DNA from: an uncultured archaeon
GTDB taxonomy: Archaea; Asgardarchaeota; Heimdallarchaeia; Heimdallarchaeales; Heimdallarchaeaceae
Length of the DNA: 13,664 nucleotides
NCBI GenBank assembly: GCA_964534625.1
Contig: CAZHRF010000061.1
Location: 807 to 14,470, forward strand
Reading direction: 5' to 3'
The position numbers and the translations under genes are program-made. Of the stretch, positions 6,223-13,664 are shown one piece after another; the first letter of the stretch is position 1, and the number at the start of each line of letters is the position of its first letter. Below the pieces are notes generated by a model. It was not told the origin of the DNA and searched no databases. It saw nothing but the letters and a program-made list of their open reading frames with translations.

Positions 6223-7398
6223 ATGATTCTATATAAAAAAAGCGTAAAAAAAGATTTTGGAAATACCTTACCTATATTAGCCAAGGCTATAAAAGAAGTA
6301 ATACTAATATCACCAATAATACTTGAGTTGGGTAATCAACAACTAACAGAACTGATTAAGTCTAGATTGTTTGATAGCATTGAACAGAATCAAAGGATAT
6401 GGATTAAAAAGAAAACAGATATTACAAACACACAGATCAATCAACTGCTAACTCAAGGGTTTGGTAAGATTATTTTATCCCATGAACTGTACATTAAGAA
6501 TAAATTATCGATACCTCTATCAAGAGTTTGCATTGAGGTCAATGGAAAATACTTGGGAGAGGACAGTACTAGGATAGGATTACCTCCCACTATTCCTTTG
6601 ATCATTACAAATCCTGGTACACAATTTGAAGAAAAGTTGAGCTTAGACGAACTATATTCTTTGTTGACTAAACTGTCTAATCCACTCATAATCGATGTTA
6701 CCTCGGTAGATGTTGAAAAGAATCGATTAATTTCTTTAGTGCGTCAAGGAATAAGAATAATCAAAGATTTTGACCCTCTTATTCCAATAGTCGATTACGC
6801 GAAAGAAAACAGTGATTTTTTAGACTTTTTCAAGGGAAATGGTTTGATACCAACAATCGTGCAAGATGGGAGTAAAAACATCTTAATGCTCGCTTATTCG
6901 ACCACTGAATCTTTTTTTAAGACAGTAAAGACAAAATGTGCTACATATTTCAGTAGAAGTAGGAATAAGTTATGGGTTAAAGGAGAAACATCTGGAAATG
7001 TACAAAAAATCGTTCAGATTGCGTATGATTGTGATGGTGACACATTGCTATATACGGTTAAACAACAAGGTGTAGCATGCCATACAAATAGTTACTCTTG
7101 TTTTAATATAGAACCATTTGGTCTAGAAACCCTTTACAGCTTAATAAAACAACGACAAGAACAACCATCAGCATATGACCGTTCTCAGCCTACTTCATTT
7201 ACTGTTAAACTGCTAGAAAATATTGATTTGTTAAAATCAAAAATAATTGAAGAAGCAAAAGAAGTAGTAAATTTTACTGATCGAGAAAATCTGATCTGGG
7301 AATTAGCTGATCTCTCCTACTTTTTACTAGTTTTGATGGTGAAGAACAATATAACTTTGACAGAAGTTAAGAATGAACTCTGGAGAAGAAGAAAATGA
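6223..7398 (+). CDS. hisIE: Bifunctional PR-AMP cyclohydrolase / PR-ATP diphosphatase with a ~200-aa N-terminal extension (alternative start TTG 6196)
   Basis: YFSRSRNKLWVKGETSGN, DCDGDTL and ACHTNSYSCF (HisI); KIIEEAKEV and WELADLSYF (HisE); AGGAGA SD 7 nt before ATG 6223. Confidence 0.92.
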   Translation: MILYKKSVKKDFGNTLPILAKAIKEVILISPIILELGNQQLTELIKSRLFDSIEQNQRIWIKKKTDITNTQINQLLTQGFGKIILSHELYIKNKLSIPLSRVCIEVNGKYLGEDSTRIGLPPTIPLIITNPGTQFEEKLSLDELYSLLTKLSNPLIIDVTSVDVEKNRLISLVRQGIRIIKDFDPLIPIVDYAKENSDFLDFFKGNGLIPTIVQDGSKNILMLAYSTTESFFKTVKTKCATYFSRSRNKLWVKGETSGNVQKIVQIAYDCDGDTLLYTVKQQGVACHTNSYSCFNIEPFGLETLYSLIKQRQEQPSAYDRSQPTSFTVKLLENIDLLKSKIIEEAKEVVNFTDRENLIWELADLSYFLLVLMVKNNITLTEVKNELWRRRK

Positions 7399-8432
7399 AT
7401 CAAATAAATCGAATACTATCCTACAAACAAGGAATAAATAAGGAAGAATCAAAGCCTATACGTTTAGCTCTCCCTTCAAAAGGGCGAATGCAAGACGAAA
7501 CACAAGTTTTTTTGAAGAATTGTGGTTTTACAATTACGCGAAAAAACCGTCAATATATTGGTTATCTATCAGGTTTTGAGGATGAAATGGTACTAGTTTA
7601 TAACAGACAAAAAGATATCATTAGAGGCATTGTTCATGGTTCTATTGATATGGCTATTGTTGGATATGATCTAGTATGTGAATTTGTAAAGGATTTATCC
7701 AAGATTGTAGTCATTCACGAAGCATTGGGATTTGGAGATTGTTCTCTTGCTCTAGCTGTTCCAGAGACATGGGAAATAGATGATATTACTGATCTTCAAC
7801 AGAGAGATGGCAAACTTAGAGTTGCCACCAAATTTCCCCTCCTAACAACAAAGTTTCTTAACGAGAATAATCTTAAATATGAACTAATACAAGGGGAAGG
7901 TTCGCTTGAAGTGTATCCTGCACTAGATTATGCTGATGTTATTGTAGATCTTGTTTCTACAGGTCAGACTCTTAAAGATAATAGACTCAAGCAAATAAAT
8001 GGAGGAACAATTTTAGAATCTGAAGCTGTATTTATTGGTAAGATCCAATCTTTAAAAAAACCTGGTGTTTTACGAGTTGCCCAAGAGTTATTAGAATATT
8101 TTGAAGCTAGATTAAGAGCAGAGAGATATGTTTCGTTATATGCTAATATGAGAGGCAATTCTCCTGAAAAAATAGTCCAAAAAATGTTCAATCAAGATGG
8201 TTTGGCAGGTTTAGATGGTCCCACTATTTCTCCTATTATTAATAAATCTGGAGAAAAAATGTTTGCTGTTCATATCATTGTAGAACGACAAAACCTTCAG
8301 AATGCTATTAAAGATTTACGTAAAATAGGTGGAAGCGGAGTGGTTGTTAGTCCTGCTTTGTACATTTTCGAAGAAGAACCTGTAAGGTATAAAAAATTGA
8401 TTAAGCGAGTAGGAGTGGAAAGTGATGATTAG
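7395..8432 (+). CDS. hisG: ATP phosphoribosyltransferase, long form
   Basis: RLALPSKGRM, RVATKFP, GSLEVYPALDYADVIVDLVSTGQTLKDNRL, and a C-terminal regulatory domain with GLDGPTISP. Confidence 0.96.
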   Translation: MNQINRILSYKQGINKEESKPIRLALPSKGRMQDETQVFLKNCGFTITRKNRQYIGYLSGFEDEMVLVYNRQKDIIRGIVHGSIDMAIVGYDLVCEFVKDLSKIVVIHEALGFGDCSLALAVPETWEIDDITDLQQRDGKLRVATKFPLLTTKFLNENNLKYELIQGEGSLEVYPALDYADVIVDLVSTGQTLKDNRLKQINGGTILESEAVFIGKIQSLKKPGVLRVAQELLEYFEARLRAERYVSLYANMRGNSPEKIVQKMFNQDGLAGLDGPTISPIINKSGEKMFAVHIIVERQNLQNAIKDLRKIGGSGVVVSPALYIFEEEPVRYKKLIKRVGVESDD

Positions 8433-9825
8433 TCTCTATACCAAAAAAGAAGCTCAACAGACAATCCTTAAACGTAAAAGTATATTGGATGTGGAATTGC
8501 CAGAAAGGCTAAAAAAAGGGATAAAGGAGCTGTTTGGAAGAGATTTAACTGCTCAAGAAGTAGTACTAGAGATTATTGCTGATGTTAGAAATCAAGGAGA
8601 TCCAGCTTTAATTAAATGGACAAGACTCTTAGATAAAGTCGAGTTGTCTTCTTTAGAAATATCGCCTAAAAAGATAGAAGAATCGCTTACATTAATAAAA
8701 TCCTCTGTTCTGCAAGCTCTAAGACTAGCAAGAGATAGGATACGGGCATTCCACGAAAATCAACCTATTAAGACTTGGATGCAAAATGATATGCAGTTAG
8801 GACAGATAGTACGACCAATAGAAAAAGTTGGAATTTATGTACCAGGTGGTACTGCTCCTTTACCTTCAACAGTCCTTATGTGTTCTATTCCCGCTATTGT
8901 TGCAGGTTCGAGTAAACTAGTGATTTGTTCTCCACCGAATAAAAAAGGCAAAATGGATCCAACTATACTAGCTGCTTGTCAGCTGTTAAAGGAATTAGAT
9001 GTTGAAGTAAGAGTCTATATGCTAGGCGGAGCTCAAGCTATAGCTGCTATGGCATATGGAACAAAGCAAGTAGATGCAGTAGATAAAATAGTTGGACCTG
9101 GAAATATTTTTGTCAGCTTAGCCAAAAAAGAAGTCTATGGGCAAGTAGGAATAGATGGGATCTATGGACCGACTGAAGCTATGCTTCTTGCTGATGAAAG
9201 TGCCTCAAGTTCTCTTCTTGCTGCTGATTTGTTAGCTCAAGCAGAACATGATATGCTGTCAATACCAATTATGGTAACTACTTCAGCAAAATTGGCCAAA
9301 GCTGTCAAAGAAGAAGTTGAAAAACAGATTCAATTTCTTGAAAGAGAAGATATAGCCAAATATAGTATGGAAAATCAAGGAGGTATAGTGATAACCCCTA
9401 CAATTGAAGAAGCAGTAGAAGTTTGTAATAATTTTGCACCAGAGCACTTGTCGATAATAACAAAAGATAATTGGGCAATCATTCCAAAAATAAGGAATGC
9501 TGGCGGTATTTTTGTGGGTGAATATAGCTGTGAGGTAATTGGTGATTATATTGCGGGTCCCTCACACACCATGCCAACGAATGGTACAGCAAAATTTTCT
9601 TCAGCCTTATCCGTCTATGATTTTGTCAAATTTATAAATTTGATAGCTCTTGATAAGAAAACATCAATGGAATTGGCAAAAGGGGCTAAAATAATTGCAA
9701 AAGAAGAAAAATTAGGTGGTCACGCTAATGCAGCTAAACAAAGGATCGAGAAAAAGAAAAAACAAGATCAAACCAATAATAAACTTTCAGGAGGTTTTGG
9801 TTATGCCCAAGCAAGTATTCACTAG
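8422..9825 (+). CDS. hisD: Histidinol dehydrogenase
   Basis: VGIYVPGG, GGAQAIAAMAYGT, DKIVGPGNIFV, GPTE, QAEHD, APEHL, GDYIAGPSHTMPT. Confidence 0.97.
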   Translation: MMISLYTKKEAQQTILKRKSILDVELPERLKKGIKELFGRDLTAQEVVLEIIADVRNQGDPALIKWTRLLDKVELSSLEISPKKIEESLTLIKSSVLQALRLARDRIRAFHENQPIKTWMQNDMQLGQIVRPIEKVGIYVPGGTAPLPSTVLMCSIPAIVAGSSKLVICSPPNKKGKMDPTILAACQLLKELDVEVRVYMLGGAQAIAAMAYGTKQVDAVDKIVGPGNIFVSLAKKEVYGQVGIDGIYGPTEAMLLADESASSSLLAADLLAQAEHDMLSIPIMVTTSAKLAKAVKEEVEKQIQFLEREDIAKYSMENQGGIVITPTIEEAVEVCNNFAPEHLSIITKDNWAIIPKIRNAGGIFVGEYSCEVIGDYIAGPSHTMPTNGTAKFSSALSVYDFVKFINLIALDKKTSMELAKGAKIIAKEEKLGGHANAAKQRIEKKKKQDQTNNKLSGGFGYAQASIH

Positions 9826-10948
9826 GAAAATAAGTAAAATATCAGAATATGATGCCTTATCAACTCAATCCTTCAAACAAAACAAAAAAAACTTGGAGAT
9901 TAATGATAAAATCATCAAGATAGATGGAAATGAAAATCCCTTTCCATTACTAGATGACTGTAGACAAGCATTACAAGAGATAGATAGTCTTAGTTACTAT
10001 CCCGACCCTGAATCAGTTGAATTGGTAAAAGCATTATCAAAAAAATATGATATACCTTCTGAACAGATTATTATTACAGCTGGATCGGATGAACTAATTG
10101 ATTTATTGTTTAGATGTTTATTAGAGAAAGAAGATAGAGTAGTTTCCATTAGTCCTACCTTTGGAATTTATAAATTTCTCACTGAACTCAATAGCGGAAT
10201 ATACGATGAAGTAGAAACAGAGTTAGTCGTTAACAAGAAAACCAAAGGTGCTTCATTCAAGATTAATACAGAAGAACTGGTTGAAAAAGCCAAAAAAGCT
10301 AGAATTACCATCCTTGCTCGTCCAAATAATCCAGATGGTGGGTTGATATCTGAAGAAATAATTGAAGCACTTCTACAAATTGATACTAATCTTGTTATTG
10401 ATGAAGCGTACATAGAGTTTACAGATAACCAAAGCATGAGTAAAAAAGTATTAACGAATGAGAATCTAATAGTTCTTAGAACCTTTAGTAAAGCGTATGG
10501 TTTAGCTGGTATAAGATTGGGGTATGGAATGCTTAATTCAGAACTCAAAAAAGCATTAATGAAAATAAAACAACCGTACAATGTTAACAGTATAGCTCAG
10601 AAATTGGGAGCTGTTGTGTTGAATAAGAAAAAGGTTGAAGAAAATATCTCTAAAATAAAAACAATACGGGGGAGCTTCTACTCTGATCTGCTTGTTTTAG
10701 CCCAGTTAACTGGATCTTTTAGTGTATTTAAGAGTTCATCTAACTTTATTCTTACCCGATTTAATGATTTACAATTAAAGAAAGCTCTTTCAGCATATCT
10801 TTACAGTAATGGGATCTTAGTTCGTGAATACAACACCAATCGCCTTGAAAATTATATTCGATTCAGTATGGCAACTGAAAATGAGATGAATAAAGTTATG
10901 GAGAAACTCCGATACTTTTTTGAAAAAATGGGTGATGAAATTGAATAG
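9803..10948 (+). CDS. hisC: Histidinol-phosphate aminotransferase
   Basis: NENPF, YPDP, GSDELI, PNNP, IDEAYIEF, RTFSKAYGLAGIRLGY (PLP lysine). Start placed at ATG 9803 behind GGAGG. Confidence 0.95.
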   Translation: MPKQVFTRKISKISEYDALSTQSFKQNKKNLEINDKIIKIDGNENPFPLLDDCRQALQEIDSLSYYPDPESVELVKALSKKYDIPSEQIIITAGSDELIDLLFRCLLEKEDRVVSISPTFGIYKFLTELNSGIYDEVETELVVNKKTKGASFKINTEELVEKAKKARITILARPNNPDGGLISEEIIEALLQIDTNLVIDEAYIEFTDNQSMSKKVLTNENLIVLRTFSKAYGLAGIRLGYGMLNSELKKALMKIKQPYNVNSIAQKLGAVVLNKKKVEENISKIKTIRGSFYSDLLVLAQLTGSFSVFKSSSNFILTRFNDLQLKKALSAYLYSNGILVREYNTNRLENYIRFSMATENEMNKVMEKLRYFFEKMGDEIE

Positions 10949-11543
10949 AAAGGCAATAGTCGAACGAAAAACTGAGGAAACCTGGCTGAAAGTATATTTA
11001 GATATAGACGAAGCTGGTGAGTCTGAAATTAATACTGGAATCAAATTATTTGATCACTTTCTTGAACAGATTTCAGTTCATGGAAATTTTACTCTGCGCA
11101 TAGAAACGCTGAAAGCAGATGTAGATGTAGATACTCACCATCTGATAGAGGATACAGCTATTGTTATCGGTCAAGTTTTTACTGAAGCTATTGGTTCTAA
11201 GATTGGTATAGTAAGAACAGCTGCAAGTAAAGTACCAATGGATGAATCCCTAGCTGAAGTAATTATTGATTTCTCTGGTCGCCCTTTTTTCAAAGGACAG
11301 TTTAATTGGCAGGGGTATACAATAGGTTCTACTAATATACTCAAAACTAGTATGGTAGAACATTTTTTGTATTCATTTGCAATCAATGCTAAACTTACCC
11401 TTCATTCTAGAGTTTATTATGGTAATGATAATCATCACATGGCTGAAGCTTTATTCAAAGCTTTGGGAAGGGCTTTAGATAAAGCATCGCGGATAGATGA
11501 GAAAGGGAGTAAGACTATTCCATCATCTAAGGGAATACTATAG
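10941..11543 (+). CDS. hisB: Imidazoleglycerol-phosphate dehydratase (monofunctional)
   Basis: RKTEET, DTHHLIED, PMDESL, NHHMAEALFKA, PSSKG. TTG 10941 lies 5 nt after GGTGA; ATG 10935 is also possible. Confidence 0.95.
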   Translation: MNRKAIVERKTEETWLKVYLDIDEAGESEINTGIKLFDHFLEQISVHGNFTLRIETLKADVDVDTHHLIEDTAIVIGQVFTEAIGSKIGIVRTAASKVPMDESLAEVIIDFSGRPFFKGQFNWQGYTIGSTNILKTSMVEHFLYSFAINAKLTLHSRVYYGNDNHHMAEALFKALGRALDKASRIDEKGSKTIPSSKGIL

Positions 11544-11553
11544 GTGAATAATA

Positions 11554-12174
11554 ATGATAGTAATAATTGATTATGGAGTAGGTAACTTACGTTCAGTCCA
11601 GAAAAGCTTGCAAATTTATTATCCGGATGTGATTATATCATCTAAAGCAGAAGAGATTGAATCTGCTGTGGGATTGGTTTTACCTGGAGTCGGCTCATTT
11701 GGTGATTCTATTGAAGAATTAGAGGAATTAGGCTTATATAGTTTGTTACGCAAACAGCTGAGGTGTAAATTTTCTTTAGGTATATGTTTAGGTATGCAAT
11801 TATTGTTTGAATCTTCAGAAGAAAGTCCCGGCTATAAAGGACTTGAACTATTAAAGGGGCATAATATCAAACTTCAAGATTCTTCTGTGCGCGTACCTCA
11901 TCAAGGATGGAATAAAGTAATCCCATGGGTAACTGCAGAACCAGTATTTAGTGGGTATGCGTATTTTTCTCATACATATAGCTGCCAACCTCAAGATGAA
12001 CAAATTATAAGAGCAAGAACACTTCATGGATCATTTTTTCCAAGTATAATAGAATGGGGAACAATCTTGGCTACACAGTTTCATCCTGAAAAAAGCAAAA
12101 CATTAGGATATAAAGTGTTGAAATACTATATTTCAAAGGTGAAAAATTATGAAAGAGATAATTCCTGCAATTGA
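11554..12174 (+). CDS. hisH: Imidazole glycerol phosphate synthase glutaminase subunit
   Basis: IIDYGVGNLRSV, LPGVGSF, GICLGMQLL, QFHPEKS; AGGTGA SD. Confidence 0.96.
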   Translation: MIVIIDYGVGNLRSVQKSLQIYYPDVIISSKAEEIESAVGLVLPGVGSFGDSIEELEELGLYSLLRKQLRCKFSLGICLGMQLLFESSEESPGYKGLELLKGHNIKLQDSSVRVPHQGWNKVIPWVTAEPVFSGYAYFSHTYSCQPQDEQIIRARTLHGSFFPSIIEWGTILATQFHPEKSKTLGYKVLKYYISKVKNYERDNSCN

Positions 12175-13664
12175 CTTGATGAAAGGTAAAGTTGTTAGAC
12201 TTTACAAAGGAAAGAGAACAGAAGTAACTACATACTCTTCTGATCCAATAGAAGTAGCTGAAAACTTGTTTAAACACGGATTTCAATGGTTACATATTAT
12301 TAATCTTGATGGTGCTTTGACAGGAGATTTAGAAGAAAATGAGAACTACGCCATAATTCTTGAATTGCTCTCACTTGCTAATGAATGGGGAGTAAAAGTA
12401 CAATTGGGTGGGGGACTGAGAAGCTATGAAGATATTAGTTTTCTCTTATCAGCTGGAACTGAACGCGTAATACTTGGTACTTTGGCCTTTGAAAATGAAG
12501 TAATATTGAAACGTTTAGTGGAAGAGTTTGCAGATAGAATTGTGGTAGCTTTAGATGTTTCCGAAAATGATTCTTTGTGCATAGAGGGGTGGAAAACAAA
12601 GATATCTGAAAATATAATAGATGCGCTTCATCGTTTTGAGTGTCTTGGTGTAAAAACTTTTCTTGTTACTGATACACAGCGGGATGGCACTATTCAAGGA
12701 TCTAATCTAAAATTATATTCTCTTCTTCAAAAGTATAAAAATGAAGATACGCATATAATTTCAGCTGGAGGAATAGGCTCTAAAAAGGATATTGAAGAGG
12801 TATTATCGATTGTTGATTCCGTAGTTGTTGGAAAAGCTCTCTATGAAAATAAACTGACTCTTGATGAACTTGAACAACTGATACTTCACTATGTATCAAC
12901 TTACTTGACGAAAAGAATAATTCCTTGTTTGGACGTTAAGAAAGGATTAGTGGTTAAAGGCGTTAATTTCAAAGATCTAAAAATTAGTGGTCATCCTGTT
13001 GAACTTGCACATAAATATGATGCATCTGGAGCTGATGAATTGGTATTTTTAGATATTTCAGCGACAATAGAAGGAAGAAAAAGTATGTTAAAAGTAATTA
13101 GTGAGGTAGCAGAAGAAGTAGGACTACCTTTTACTGTAGGTGGAGGTATAAAGAGCCTAGAAGATATGACTTCTATAATACAAGCTGGTGCTGAAAAAGT
13201 ATGCATTAATACTGCAGCATATTTGAATCCTTTATTAATTTCCGCGGGAGCAAAACAGTTTGGCTCACAGAGTATAGTTGTCGCAATTGATGCAAAGAAA
13301 AATAGTACTCAAAACTTTTGGGAAGTGGTTATTCGAGCTGGTAATGAACCCACAGGTAAAGACGTAATTGAATTTGCCAAAGAAGTAGTAGAACTTGGAG
13401 CAGGAGAATTGCTTGTAACATCTATAGATCATGATGGAACAAAAGAAGGGTATAATGAAGAGTTATTGATTGAGTTGGTAAAAAGTGTGAATGTTCCTAT
13501 AATAATTTCGGGTGGGGCAGGAAAGAAAGAACACTTTTTAAAGGCTATCAATAATGGTGCTGACGCTACCTTGGCAGCTTCACTTTTTCATCTTGATAAG
13601 TTACAAATTGAGGAATTAAAAAACTATCTTTTGTCTAAAGGAGTTAAAATGAGGATTGAAACAG
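12149..13664 (+). CDS. hisA-hisF: In-frame fusion of HisA (ProFAR isomerase, about 12149-12880) and HisF (IGP synthase cyclase, from 12905); 3' end runs off the window
   Basis: MKEIIPAIDLMKGKVVRLYKG...GGGLRS...RDGT...SAGGI...VGKALYE, then with no stop LEQLILHYVSTY-LTKRIIPCLDVKKGLVVKGVNF...GADELVFLDISA...SIDHDGTKEGY...SGGAG...LAASLFH; AGGTGA SD. Confidence 0.93.
   Translation, partial: MKEIIPAIDLMKGKVVRLYKGKRTEVTTYSSDPIEVAENLFKHGFQWLHIINLDGALTGDLEENENYAIILELLSLANEWGVKVQLGGGLRSYEDISFLLSAGTERVILGTLAFENEVILKRLVEEFADRIVVALDVSENDSLCIEGWKTKISENIIDALHRFECLGVKTFLVTDTQRDGTIQGSNLKLYSLLQKYKNEDTHIISAGGIGSKKDIEEVLSIVDSVVVGKALYENKLTLDELEQLILHYVSTYLTKRIIPCLDVKKGLVVKGVNFKDLKISGHPVELAHKYDASGADELVFLDISATIEGRKSMLKVISEVAEEVGLPFTVGGGIKSLEDMTSIIQAGAEKVCINTAAYLNPLLISAGAKQFGSQSIVVAIDAKKNSTQNFWEVVIRAGNEPTGKDVIEFAKEVVELGAGELLVTSIDHDGTKEGYNEELLIELVKSVNVPIIISGGAGKKEHFLKAINNGADATLAASLFHLDKLQIEELKNYLLSKGVKMRIET

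Noticed and set aside
9716-9802. N-terminal extension of HisC given by the ORF track
   Set aside because: It overlaps hisD deeply, and ATG 9803 has a GGAGG SD and gives a normal length.
6453-13206. Short minus-strand ORFs within the his genes (6453, 7964, 10168, 10817, 11171, 12071, 12991)
   Set aside because: Antisense to well-supported conserved enzymes and lacking recognisable motifs.

Overview
AT-rich window that looks archaeal: GGTGA-type Shine-Dalgarno motifs and TATA boxes about 25 bp ahead of near-leaderless starts. An Asgard/Heimdallarchaeia-like origin is an inference. From left to right it holds four blocks. (1) A secreted beta-helix (NosD-like) protein with Ca-binding DTDDDGL repeats, running off the left edge. 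(2) An accessory island of three MNT-HEPN toxin-antitoxin pairs, one with a frameshifted HEPN gene. (3) Inside that island, a ~1.26 kb element bounded by ~190-bp imperfect inverted repeats, containing 31-bp-period palindromic repeats and a 104-aa ORF resembling only the N-terminal domain of Cas1 (candidate non-autonomous casposon-like element). (4) A histidine operon hisIE-G-D-C-B-H-A/F with an in-frame HisA-HisF fusion, a fungal His4-like HisIE and a plant/Chloroflexi-type HisG. The operon is preceded by an unannotated leader ORF ending in four His codons and by mutually exclusive RNA pairings over the first ribosome-binding site, a candidate leader-peptide translational attenuator in an archaeon.
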